A DNA stretch of 64,000 bases from an uncultured Desulfarculus sp. (GCA_963665125.2 CAXXUK010000001.1:416001-480000), one strand, 5' to 3'. Shown: positions 38,337 through 47,539, counted from the stretch's first letter. The notes: generated by a model not told the origin, from the sequence alone. Program-made: numbers and translations.

Positions 38337-39137
38337 ATGAGCCAGCCGGTTATCATCGAAAAGAAAGGCCATATCGCCTATATCACCTTGAACAGGCCTG
38401 AAAAGTACAACGCCCTGAACCTGGCCACCTATGAGACGTTTCTGGCGGAACTGCCCAAGCTGGACCAGGATGACGAGGTCCGCGTCATAGTGCTCAGGGC
38501 CAACGGCAAGAACTTTACCTCCGGCATCGACCTCGGCGACATCTCCGCCGTTGTCGGCGAGCCCACCGCCCGCAAGCGCGAGGCCCTGCGCCAGCATGTA
38601 TTTCATTTGCAAGAGTGCATGAATGTCTTTGAGAAGTGCCGCAAGCCGGTCATCGCCGCCATTCACGGCGCCTGCATCGGCGGCGGCATCGACCTCACCG
38701 CGGCCTGCGACATCCGCCTGTGCACGGCCGACTCCCGCTACAGCATCCGCGAAACCAAGATGGCCATCATCGCCGACCTGGGCACCCTCCAGCGCTTCCA
38801 CACCATTGTGGGCCAGGGATGGTACCGCGAACTGGCTCTGACCAGCCGCGACTTCGGCGCCGCCGAGGCCAAGGAAATGGGCTTTGTGACCCATATCTAC
38901 GCCGACCAGGACGAGCTCTACGCCGAGGCCGACAAGATGGCCGCTGACATCGCCGCCATGCCGCCGCTGACCGTCCAGGGCACCAAGGACGTCATGAACT
39001 TTACCCGCGATTTCGGCGTGCAGGCCGGCCTGCAATACATCGCCCAGAAAAACGCGGCAATGATCTTCAGCGACGACCTCATGGAAGCCGTGACCGCTTT
39101 CATGGAAAAACGGCCGCCCCAGTTCAAAGGCGAATAA
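38337..39137 (+). CDS. Enoyl-CoA hydratase/isomerase (crotonase) family
   Basis: LNRPEKYNA, FTSGIDL, KPVIAAIHG.CIGGG, AF.EKR.P.F.G. Confidence 0.93.
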   Translation: MSQPVIIEKKGHIAYITLNRPEKYNALNLATYETFLAELPKLDQDDEVRVIVLRANGKNFTSGIDLGDISAVVGEPTARKREALRQHVFHLQECMNVFEKCRKPVIAAIHGACIGGGIDLTAACDIRLCTADSRYSIRETKMAIIADLGTLQRFHTIVGQGWYRELALTSRDFGAAEAKEMGFVTHIYADQDELYAEADKMAADIAAMPPLTVQGTKDVMNFTRDFGVQAGLQYIAQKNAAMIFSDDLMEAVTAFMEKRPPQFKGE

Positions 39138-39151
39138 CGCGAGGCTCGCGT

Positions 39152-39266
39152 TCCCATATCGCCGGCAGGACTCAGTCCTCAGATGAGCGCTTGTGGCCCC
39201 GGCCCAATGCTTGGGCTCCCATATCGCGGGCAGGACTCAGTCCTCGGATGAGCGCTTGTGGCCCCG
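39152..39266. repeat. Two 50-bp direct repeats separated by a 15-bp palindrome
   Basis: 39152..39201 and 39217..39266, 48/50 identical. Confidence 0.9.
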
Positions 39267-39298
39267 AGTGGGTTCACTGCATAAGACTTAGAAAAATA

Positions 39299-39336
39299 AA
39301 AAGGCCTCGGCAGGATGAGCTCCCGCCGGGGCCTTT
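39299..39336. terminator. Hairpin terminator, probably bidirectional
   Basis: AAAGGCCTCGGC...GCCGGGGCCTTT with an A-run on its left. Confidence 0.55.
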
Positions 39337-39369
39337 GCATTGGGCAAGACCACAGCCGCCCGGTTTAAC

Positions 39370-39588
39370 CGGCCCCGCACCTGCCATCAGGCACTACCCG
39401 CACGCCGAGTCATGGCATAGGCCTGCCTGAGACAATCGATCACACACGCCAACACGCACTGAGTATCTACAAATTTCAGCGTAGCCCAGGGAACCTCTGA
39501 CCCAACTCGAGGCAACGTCATTTGGAGGGGGAGGCGGGGTCTGAGGGACCCCACTTCCCCCAGGGAAAAATATTCATTCCAAATGATT
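39370..39588. repeat. Diverged ~220-bp structured repeat, copy A
   Basis: Similar to 39917..40155; core 39449..39525 versus 39998..40074 is 59/77 identical without gaps. Confidence 0.75.
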
Positions 39589-39635
39589 GAAGTAGTTAAA
39601 GGGCCCAAGCGAGCACTACATTAGAATTAAAAAAC

Positions 39636-39709
39636 ATGCCTCCGGCGGCCAGAGGGGATTCTTCGCTTTTGAGCAATATCAAAAGCTCGCCATCCCCTCT
39701 GGACTCCCC
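39636..39709. repeat. REP-like nested palindrome
   Basis: ATGCCTCCGGCGG leader, then CCAGAGGGGAT/ATCCCCTCTGG stem enclosing GCTTTTGA/TCAAAAGC. Confidence 0.65.
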
Positions 39710-39916
39710 GCTCGCAAAAATATATCTGGCCCAGCAGGATCGGGACCGGCCCCGCGAAGATCATGTCAGTGGCGCTATCTCTACACTGCCCAGTTGTGGA
39801 CCGCACTGCTATTGGCCAAATTCCTTGGCTGCATTTCGAAAACGGCGTGGGGGCAGTGCCTGGAGCGTGTGTCGTGGCCGATCGGGCCGGTAGAAGTTGC
39901 TATTTCGCGAACCATA

Positions 39917-40155
39917 CGGCCCCAAACTTGTCATCGGGCACGACCTTTAGCGCCGGTAGCGTAACGCAGGCTTGCTACAACCGGTCCCAGTTATTCTCCA
40001 ACACGCACGGATTGACTATTTCTACAGGCGCAGCCCAGGGAGCCTCAGACTCATCTTGAGGCAACGTCATTTGGGGGGGAGAGGGGGCTTGGGGGTAGAC
40101 GGGGACCACCTTTGTCGAAAGGGGGTCCCCACTACCCCCATATAACAAAATGATT
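39917..40155. repeat. Diverged ~220-bp structured repeat, copy B
   Basis: See copy A; ends in the long hairpin TGGGGGTAG..GGGGACC...GGTCCCC..CTACCCCCA. Confidence 0.75.
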
Positions 40156-40227
40156 TTCCAGGAAATATGGATCAGCAGCGCATGCGGTCGAGCACGGCTC
40201 TACAGACATAAAAATATAAATTACCGC

Positions 40228-41250
40228 CTAAATCAGTTTGATCTTCCGGGCGATATCAAACTCCATCTCGGCCAGGGGCCGCCGCCGCAGACGGTGGGGC
40301 AGGGCCAGCAGCGCGGCCGCGTCCACATCGGCCCTCTCCACAACCCGGCGGCCGTCCAACGCGGCCAGTGTCGTGGCGCATTTCAGCAGGGTCAGGTCGC
40401 CACGGTGCCCGTCCACGCCCAGGCCCAGGGTGATGTCCACAACCCGTTGCAGGATCTCGTCTCCTGCCTTGACTCTGGGCAGCAGCTTGCGGGCCTTGGC
40501 GATGATCCTGGTCAGCTTGCGCCCGGCCGGGGCGAATTTTTGGGCAAAGCGTTTGGGGTCTTTTTCAAAGGCCAGGCGGTTGTTGATCACCTCCATGCGC
40601 TGGGCCGGGTCGTTCAGACCGGCCACCTGCACGCACAGGCCGAAGCGGTCGGTCAACTGGGGCCTCAACTCGCCCTCCTCGGGGTTCATGGTGCCCACCA
40701 GGGTGAACCTGGCCGGATGCACCACGCTGATGGATTCGCGCTCCACCGTGTTGGTTCCCATGGCCGCCGCATCCAAAAGCGCGTCAACCAGGTGATCGTC
40801 AAGCAGGTTGACCTCGTCGACATACAGTATCTGGCGGTTGGCCGCGGCCAGGATGCCCGGCTGGAAGCGGGCCTCGCCCTCGGCCAGGGCGCTCTCCAGG
40901 TCCAGGGTGCCCAGGAGCCGGTCCTCGGTGGCCCCCACGGGCAACTCCACCACCCGCACCCGCCGTGTCTCCACGGGCAACTCCTCGCCTTTGCCGAGGC
41001 GCTCCAGGCAGGACGCGCACATGGTGCTTCTGTCGGCCGGGTTGCAGCAATACCCGCAATCGGCCACGACATCCTGCTCGGGCAGAAGCTCGGCCAGGGC
41101 CCGCACGGCCGTGGATTTGGCCGTGCCTTTTTCGCCCCGGATCAACACGCCGCCAACCCTGGGGTTGACCACGTTGACCAATAGAGCCAGTTTCATCTGT
41201 TCCTGGCCCACCAGGGCCGCGAAGGGATATGTTGCGGATTCTAAAGCCAT
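40228..41250 (-). CDS. Magnesium/cobalt chelatase subunit I-like AAA+ ATPase (ChlI/BchI family)
   Basis: YPFAALVGQE, GGVL.RGEKGTAKST, LP.GATEDR, DEVNLL, MNPEEGELRPQL.DRFG. Confidence 0.9.
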   Translation of the reverse strand: MALESATYPFAALVGQEQMKLALLVNVVNPRVGGVLIRGEKGTAKSTAVRALAELLPEQDVVADCGYCCNPADRSTMCASCLERLGKGEELPVETRRVRVVELPVGATEDRLLGTLDLESALAEGEARFQPGILAAANRQILYVDEVNLLDDHLVDALLDAAAMGTNTVERESISVVHPARFTLVGTMNPEEGELRPQLTDRFGLCVQVAGLNDPAQRMEVINNRLAFEKDPKRFAQKFAPAGRKLTRIIAKARKLLPRVKAGDEILQRVVDITLGLGVDGHRGDLTLLKCATTLAALDGRRVVERADVDAAALLALPHRLRRRPLAEMEFDIARKIKLI

Positions 41251-41312
41251 TTGCCAGCCTGTACCAAAACATTAAATCAAATACTTTAAGTAAAACGCCA
41301 ATCGGTTGCTTT

Positions 41313-43355
41313 TCACCAATGCTCTTTGACCAAGTCCAACACCCGCTCGGCGGTGAGCTGGCGCAGCGACACGCACGGAGCACCCAGGTAGTCGGCCAGG
41401 GGGCGGCACAGGTTCACCTCGTGCCAATGTCCCGTGTCGATATCAACCAGTACATAGCGCACCCTGGGGTCCTTGGCCAGGGATTTGGCCAGGTTGAGCA
41501 CCTCGCGGTCGGCATAGCCACCGTCGCCCCAGCCGTCGCCCCAGCCGCCGCCCCGGTTGCCCGCCACGCTCATGTCGATGTCATCGCCCAGGCTGGCTGC
41601 CAGGGGCACGTTGGGCCTGCCGTCGGTGAAGATCACCACCAGGGGGTTGAGCTTGGGGTCCCGGCTCAGCTCCCGCTGGACCACCTCGGCCGTGGCGGCC
41701 AGACCGGCGGCCAGGGGCGTCTTGCCGCCGGTGGGCAACTCGGCCAGCATGCGCCGGGCCACCTCCACGCTGCCCGTGGGCGGCAGCAGCACCCGGGCGG
41801 CGGTGCCGCCAAAGGCCACCAGGCCCACCCGGTCGCGCTTTTGATAGGCTTCGTTCAGAAGCCCCAGAATGGCCTCCTTGCTGGCCTTCATCCGGGCCGC
41901 CGCGTTCATGGACCCGCTGGCGTCCACGCAGAACATGATCAGCCTGCCGCGCTTGCTCAGGCGCACCTTTTCCCGGATGTCGGGTTGGCGCACTTCCAGG
42001 GCCATGCCGCCGGGGGTTTTCCGTTTTTTCTGGTGGGGCGCGGCCGCCCGGAAGGTGGCGTCAAAGGCCAAGCCCCTGCCCAGGCGCTGGGCCGATGCCC
42101 GCACATAGCGCCCCCTGGCCGAATCGGTTTCCCTGGCGTTGCGCCGCCCGGCCTGGCGGATGCTGCCGCTTTCCTTGGCCGGGAGCCGGGTGGCGATGGG
42201 CGCGGCTTGGTCCGCCGCCCACAGGCGAAGAGAGCGCTCCTGGTCCGAAGGTGTATCGCCCACGGGCTGGCCTTGTTCGCCTTCCTGGGCCATGACCACC
42301 TTTGGCGGCTGGTGCAGTTCCTCGGCAACCTGCTTGGGAAGTTCTTTGAGCAATCGCTCAAATGTTTCGGCGTTGCCCGCGTGCTCGGCGGTAGACCGAT
42401 GGACCAGGGCCATGGCCGCCACCCGGCGCACCATCCCGGGCGTGGTTTCGTCATGGCCTTCCAGAGCCGCCATGGCCCTTGCCGCCCGGATGCAGGCCAG
42501 TTCGCCGCGCTGGCCCAAGGCTCCGGCCAGGGATGCAGCTTTTGCGGCCTCGGCCATGGCCCGGTCGGGGACGTTTATGCCTTGCAGGGCCTGTCTGGCC
42601 TCGGAAAGCCGCTGGGCCAGGAGATCCTGCATGCCGCTCCATTTGGCGGCAAAACCGGCAGGGTCGGCCTCGAAGGCCAGGCGGCGGCGCAAGACCTCCA
42701 TGCGGATCCGGCGGTCGGGCTCGCCGGTGACCTCCACGCACAGGCCGAAACGGTCAAGAAGTTGCGGACCAAGGTGGCCTTCCTCGGGGTTGCAACTGGC
42801 GATGAGGCATATTTGGCAGGGGTGGGCGTAGCTGACGCCTTCGCGCTCAATGCGGGCCCAGCCCGAGGCCGCGGCATCCAAAACCAGATGGGCCAGATGC
42901 GGGGCCAAAAGGTTGACTTCGTCGATGTAGAGCACGCCCCTGTGGGCCCTGGCCAACAGGCCGGGTGAAAACTCCAGGCGCCCCTGTTTGATGGCCGCCG
43001 AAATGTCCAGGGAACCCATCAGGCGGTCTTCTGTCGCCCCCAGGGGCAGATCCACGAACGGCGCGGGGAGGTGGACCCGCTCCAATACCGTTGACTTTAG
43101 ACATTCGGGGCACAAGTCTCCGTCCGGATCGCAGCCCACCGGACAGCCCTTGACCGTGGCCTGCCGGGGCAGCAGACGGGCCAGGGCCCTGGAGGCCGTG
43201 GACTTGGCCGTGCCTTTTTCGCCGCGCAACAGCACGCCGCCTATGCCTGGATCAATGGCCGCCAAAAGCAGGGCCAGTTTCATTTCCTCCTGTCCGGCAA
43301 TGGCACTGAAGGGGTATTCGATTTTGCTGAAGTTGTCGGCTGCCTGGTCCGTCAT
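41313..43355 (-). CDS. Chelatase subunit D-like protein (AAA+ plus VWA; ChlD/BchD family)
   Basis: N-terminal ChlI-like AAA domain; C-terminal VWA with DASGSM MIDAS, GGKTPL, TDGR.N. Confidence 0.9.
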   Translation of the reverse strand: MTDQAADNFSKIEYPFSAIAGQEEMKLALLLAAIDPGIGGVLLRGEKGTAKSTASRALARLLPRQATVKGCPVGCDPDGDLCPECLKSTVLERVHLPAPFVDLPLGATEDRLMGSLDISAAIKQGRLEFSPGLLARAHRGVLYIDEVNLLAPHLAHLVLDAAASGWARIEREGVSYAHPCQICLIASCNPEEGHLGPQLLDRFGLCVEVTGEPDRRIRMEVLRRRLAFEADPAGFAAKWSGMQDLLAQRLSEARQALQGINVPDRAMAEAAKAASLAGALGQRGELACIRAARAMAALEGHDETTPGMVRRVAAMALVHRSTAEHAGNAETFERLLKELPKQVAEELHQPPKVVMAQEGEQGQPVGDTPSDQERSLRLWAADQAAPIATRLPAKESGSIRQAGRRNARETDSARGRYVRASAQRLGRGLAFDATFRAAAPHQKKRKTPGGMALEVRQPDIREKVRLSKRGRLIMFCVDASGSMNAAARMKASKEAILGLLNEAYQKRDRVGLVAFGGTAARVLLPPTGSVEVARRMLAELPTGGKTPLAAGLAATAEVVQRELSRDPKLNPLVVIFTDGRPNVPLAASLGDDIDMSVAGNRGGGWGDGWGDGGYADREVLNLAKSLAKDPRVRYVLVDIDTGHWHEVNLCRPLADYLGAPCVSLRQLTAERVLDLVKEHW

Positions 43356-43676
43356 TTCGGCTCCGCGTTTTACTGCCCGAGAACAACGAGTATATGGCCA
43401 GGTTTAGGGCCTGTAAAGGCGGCAAAATGAATGACAAATGTTCGCATGTGAAAAAAGGCTCGTAAATCAATCGGAAAATAGGTCTTGACCCGGAAAGTTG
43501 CAAAAAGAGATCATAACTATGAAGAAAATATTCACTGTCGTGGATTTTTTCCGACAAGGCGCCAACCTGACGGGTTTGTCTCCGGCACATTAGGCAATTC
43601 CCGCGCATCTTCGCATCCAAAGCGGTCACGGGCCGTACAAGGCGGCAAAAAATCAGAATCGAGTTGGGAGGTCCAG

Positions 43677-44612
43677 ATGGAGAAAATGGATCACGTTCTG
43701 GAGCGCATCGATTCGAAAGGGATCAACAGACGCGACTTTATTAAATTGACGACGTTGGTCACTTCGGTGCTCGGATTAACCCCGGCCATGATACCCAAGG
43801 TGGCGCAGGCCATGACGGCCAAGGAGCGCCCGACGGTTATCTGGCTTCATTTTGCCGAATGCACCGGCTGCAGCGAGGCGTTTATCCGCACGTCCTACCC
43901 TTGGATCGATGAACTTGTCCTGGAAGTGCTCAACGTGGCCTATCACGAGACGATCATGGCGCCAGCGGGCGAGGCGGCCCACAAGTCGTTGCACGACGCC
44001 ATGACAAAGTACAAGGGCAAATATATTCTGATCTGCGAAGGGGCAATTCCCACCGCCGACGGCGGCGTCTACGGCAAGGTGGGCGGCAAGACAATGCTGC
44101 AGATCGCCAAGGAAGCCACGGCCGATGCCCTGGCCACCATCTGCACCGGCAACTGCGCCTGCTACGGCGGGGTGCAGGCAGCCAAGCCCAACCCCACCAA
44201 GGCTGTCGGCGTGGGGAAGGCCACCGGCGTGAAAACCATTAACTTGGCCGGTTGCCCGCCGAATCCGGTCAACACGGTATCCGCTGTGGTGCAGTTCCTC
44301 CTGCTGGGCCGGCCTCCGGCCCTGGATCAATACGGCAGGCCCAAGTTCGCCTACGGAGCGACGATTCACGACAAGTGCCCCCGCCGGGCCCACTATGAGG
44401 AGGCCGAATTCGTCAAGAAATTCGGCGATGAAGGGGCCATCGAAGGCTGGTGCCTGTTCGAGCTTGGCTGCAAGGGGCCCGACACCCACAACAACTGCTC
44501 CCTGGTCAAGTTCAACGACGGCATAAACTGGCCGGTGGGCGCGGGCCACCCCTGCCTGGGATGCGCGGAGCCGCATTTCTGGGACAACATGGCGCCATTC
44601 TACACGACCTGA
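43677..44612 (+). CDS. Periplasmic [NiFe] hydrogenase small subunit
   Basis: Tat signal RRDFIK; AECTGCSE, GCPP, H..C, CL..LGCKGP, C.GC; start re-called at ATG 43677 after GGGAGG. Confidence 0.96.
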   Translation: MEKMDHVLERIDSKGINRRDFIKLTTLVTSVLGLTPAMIPKVAQAMTAKERPTVIWLHFAECTGCSEAFIRTSYPWIDELVLEVLNVAYHETIMAPAGEAAHKSLHDAMTKYKGKYILICEGAIPTADGGVYGKVGGKTMLQIAKEATADALATICTGNCACYGGVQAAKPNPTKAVGVGKATGVKTINLAGCPPNPVNTVSAVVQFLLLGRPPALDQYGRPKFAYGATIHDKCPRRAHYEEAEFVKKFGDEGAIEGWCLFELGCKGPDTHNNCSLVKFNDGINWPVGAGHPCLGCAEPHFWDNMAPFYTT

Positions 44613-44672
44613 TTCCTTGTAGCGGCGTTTGTGTAGTGTTGAAAACCGGTCCCCAGAAGGAGGACAAATAAG

Positions 44673-46322
44673 ATGGCGAAACTGACCATTGACCCGATCA
44701 CTCGGATCGAGGGCCACCTACGGATAGACGTGGAGATCGAAAACGGCAGGGTAAAGGACGCGTGGAGCTCCGCCCAACTTTTTCGCGGCTTGGAGTTGAT
44801 TTTAAAAGGACGCGATCCCAGAGACGCCCCCCATATCACCCAAAGGGCCTGCGGCGTGTGCACCGAGGTGCATGCGTTGGCCTCAATCATGGCCCTGGAC
44901 GACGCGGCCGGCGTGGGAGTCCCGGATTTGGCCCGCCTGGCGCGCAACCTGATCCACGGCGCCCAATTCATTCACGACCACATAACCCATTTTTATGTGC
45001 TGCACGCCCTGGATTGGGTGGATGTAGTGGCCGCCCTGAAGGCCGACCCAAAGAAAACCGCGGCTTTGGCCGACAGCCTGGGCAATTATCCCAACAGCGG
45101 CGTCAACGACTTCCGTGATGTCCAAAAGAGATTGCAGAAGTTTGCCGACAGCGGCCAACTGGGGCCGTTCGCCAATGGTTATTGGGGCCACAAGGACTAC
45201 CGTCTGCCGCCCGAGGCGGATCTGTTGGCCGCGTCCCACTATATCGAGTGGCTGCGGCTCCAGGCCAGGGCAGCCCGCATGATGGCCATGTTCGGCGGCA
45301 AGAACCCCCATGTGCAGGTCTATGTCACCGGCGGCATCTCCAGCGTACGCAATATCATGGACGTCGAGCGGCTCAGCGAATTTCTGTGGTATCTGCAGAC
45401 GATGAAGCGCTTTATCGACAATGTCTACCTGCCGGACCTTTTGGCGGTGGCCTCGTTCTACAAAGACTGGGGCGCCATTGGCGGCTGCTCCAACTACATG
45501 GCCTACGGCAACTTCCCTGATCAGGCCGGCAGCTACAAGAACCAGAACAACTGGCTGCCCGGCGGCGTCATCATGGGACGCGACATCGGCGCGCCCCAGG
45601 CCTTTGATCCGGATAAGATCACCGAGGAGGTCAGCCGGGCCTGGTATGCCGACGGACCCGCCCTGCATCCGTACAAGGGCGTTACCGAACCCATCAAGCC
45701 CGAATACGACTATGACGGCAAGTATTCCTTCTTCAAGGCTCCGCGCTATGACGGCAAGCCCATGGAGGTCGGTCCTCTGGCCGCGGCCCTGTGCGCCTAT
45801 GTCGGCGGAGTGCCCAGCGTCAAGGCCTCGGTGGACGCCATCCTGGGGCACCTGGACATCCCGGTGACGGCCCTGTTCAGCACCCTGGGCCGGACCGCGG
45901 CCAGGGCGGTCATCACCAAGGCCATTGCCGACGAGATGGAAAACTGGGTCAATCAGATTATCGACCGTTTGCGCAGGGGCGACACCAAGACCGTGACCGA
46001 ATGGAAATGGCCAGGTGACGCCATGGGCATGGGGCTTATCGACGTGCCCCGAGGCGCCCTGGGGCACTGGATTCACCAAAACGATCAAAACCGCATCGAG
46101 AATTACCAGATGGTCGTGCCGTCAACTTGGAACCTGGGGCCCAGGGACGCCCAGGGCCAGCTCGGTCCGGTGGAGGAGGCGCTTATAGGCACACCGGTGG
46201 CCGATCCCAAGGCCCCGCTGGAGATCCTGCGCACGGTGCACTCCTTTGACCCATGCATCGCCTGCGGCGTGCATGTGATAGATCCGGACACCAACGAGGT
46301 GTACAAGTTCAAGGTGCTATAA
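44673..46322 (+). CDS. [NiFe] hydrogenase large subunit (group 1, Desulfovibrio HynAB-like)
   Basis: IDPITRIEGH, L1 QRACGVC, L2 FDPCIACGVH with a cleavable C-terminal extension. Confidence 0.97.
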   Translation: MAKLTIDPITRIEGHLRIDVEIENGRVKDAWSSAQLFRGLELILKGRDPRDAPHITQRACGVCTEVHALASIMALDDAAGVGVPDLARLARNLIHGAQFIHDHITHFYVLHALDWVDVVAALKADPKKTAALADSLGNYPNSGVNDFRDVQKRLQKFADSGQLGPFANGYWGHKDYRLPPEADLLAASHYIEWLRLQARAARMMAMFGGKNPHVQVYVTGGISSVRNIMDVERLSEFLWYLQTMKRFIDNVYLPDLLAVASFYKDWGAIGGCSNYMAYGNFPDQAGSYKNQNNWLPGGVIMGRDIGAPQAFDPDKITEEVSRAWYADGPALHPYKGVTEPIKPEYDYDGKYSFFKAPRYDGKPMEVGPLAAALCAYVGGVPSVKASVDAILGHLDIPVTALFSTLGRTAARAVITKAIADEMENWVNQIIDRLRRGDTKTVTEWKWPGDAMGMGLIDVPRGALGHWIHQNDQNRIENYQMVVPSTWNLGPRDAQGQLGPVEEALIGTPVADPKAPLEILRTVHSFDPCIACGVHVIDPDTNEVYKFKVL

Positions 46323-46338
46323 AGTTAATAAACTCAAT

Positions 46339-46379
46339 GCGGGAAGGGCGGCTGATTTTTAGCCGCCCTGTCCGCTTTC
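46339..46379 (+). terminator. Hairpin after the hydrogenase structural genes
   Basis: GCGG..AGGGCGGCT...AGCCGCCCT..CCGC-TTT. Confidence 0.55.
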
Positions 46380-46396
46380 TGCTATAATTGATTTCG

Positions 46397-46933
46397 ATGA
46401 ACAAATCCGGCGACAAGCGAATTCTGGTGTTGGGTGTAGGCAATGTCCTGCTTCATGATGAAGGGGTGGGCATCAGAACGCTCAACCATTTGCAGGCGCG
46501 TTTCGACTTTCCCGCCAATGTTGATCTGGTTGACGGCGGCGTGCTGGGACTAAAACTCACCGGCACCCTGATGCAGGCCGACGAGGTCATCATAATCGAC
46601 GCGGTGCGCGGCGGCCGCGAACCGGGGACGGTCTACCGCTTTGAATGGGACGCCAAGCCCGATCATATCCAGTACAAGGATTCATTGCACCAACTTGACC
46701 TCAACGAAACCATGGCCGTGTTGCCGCTGGTGGGCCAAAGGCCCAGAGTGGTGGTCATCGGGGTGGAATACCAGGACATAAGCGCCTGGGGCACCGAACT
46801 GACCCCGGTGGTTCAGGCGGCCATGGAAAAGATGATCGACGCGGTGCTGGCCGAGCTCGTGGAATTGGGAGCGCCGGCATGTCCGAAACCAGAACCGGAG
46901 CAGGTTGTTGATGTGCTTGGCAGTACCGGCTAA
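46397..46933 (+). CDS. Hydrogenase maturation endopeptidase (HyaD/HybD family)
   Basis: LGVGNVLL.DEGVG, DGG..G, IIDAV, SLHQ. Confidence 0.93.
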   Translation: MNKSGDKRILVLGVGNVLLHDEGVGIRTLNHLQARFDFPANVDLVDGGVLGLKLTGTLMQADEVIIIDAVRGGREPGTVYRFEWDAKPDHIQYKDSLHQLDLNETMAVLPLVGQRPRVVVIGVEYQDISAWGTELTPVVQAAMEKMIDAVLAELVELGAPACPKPEPEQVVDVLGSTG

Positions 46934-47150
46934 GGTTATTGAGGTGGCCGACGAAATGGCCACCATCGACGTCGGCGGGGTAATCCGGCGAGTCAGCGCC
47001 ATGTTGGTGCCGGATTTGGCGCCGGGTGACTATGTGATAACCCACGCCGGATTCGCGATGCATAAAATGGATGAAAAAGACGCCCTGGAAACGCTGAAAA
47101 TCCTGCGAAACATGGTTGACGCGGTAAACCAGCAGGCAAGTGGAGAATAG
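46911..47150 (+). CDS. hypC: HypC/HybG hydrogenase chaperone
   Basis: MCLAVP start; GDYV..HAGFA...DE.DA.ETL. Confidence 0.95.
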   Translation: MCLAVPAKVIEVADEMATIDVGGVIRRVSAMLVPDLAPGDYVITHAGFAMHKMDEKDALETLKILRNMVDAVNQQASGE

Positions 47151-47152
47151 AA

Positions 47153-47374
47153 ATGACTGAAGCGATAGCCCGCAAGGAAAAGGTTTGCCAAGAGGAATCC
47201 TGTACTGAAAACTGGGAACAGCTTGGCCCTGAATCGGCCTTCAACAGCGCAACGTTTGTGTTTTGTCCGTTTTGCGCCAATGAAATGATCACCCGTTGCA
47301 GCGCCTGCGGCGAAGCGATTCACGATGTCGGTTTCAGATACTGTCCATGGTGCGGCGCCCGGTTCGAAGATTAA
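47153..47374 (+). CDS. Small double zinc-ribbon protein
   Basis: CQEESC, CPFC, CSAC, CPWCG; starts 2 nt after the hypC stop. Confidence 0.75.
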   Translation: MTEAIARKEKVCQEESCTENWEQLGPESAFNSATFVFCPFCANEMITRCSACGEAIHDVGFRYCPWCGARFED

Positions 47375-47539
47375 CCGGCGTTGGTTTTTTCGGGCTTGTG
47401 GTTTTAATGCCCTTGTTCTGGTAGATGTTTGTGTCTCGTTACGTGCTATAATTTAATACATTGAATAAAAAGTGTTTCTGGACAGTTAATCCGCTGCCAG
47501 GCGCAACCGGCGCGAACTTTTTCCGGAACCAATTTCCAT

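Noticed and set aside
39152..39201. Hammerhead ribozyme (CTGAGGA on the minus strand)
   Set aside because: No GAAA core follows, and the second copy reads CCGAGGA.
39152..39266. CRISPR array
   Set aside because: Only two 50-bp units with a 15-bp palindromic spacer, and no cas genes.
39191..40059. Short ORFs in the repeat-rich gap (39191-39430, 39387-39608, 39636-39893, 39763-40059)
   Set aside because: No RBS or motif support, atypical composition, and they overlap palindromic repeats.
40228..43355. Evidence for (bacterio)chlorophyll synthesis
   Set aside because: No bchH or photosynthesis genes are present; ChlI/ChlD-like pairs are common in non-phototrophs.
43580..43600. Sigma54 promoter upstream of the hydrogenase (CGGCACATTAGGCA)
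   Set aside because: GG-to-GC spacing is 8 nt rather than the required 10.
46245..46275. [NiFeSe] hydrogenase or selenocysteine recoding
   Set aside because: The L2 motif is DPCIAC with TGC codons and no in-frame TGA.
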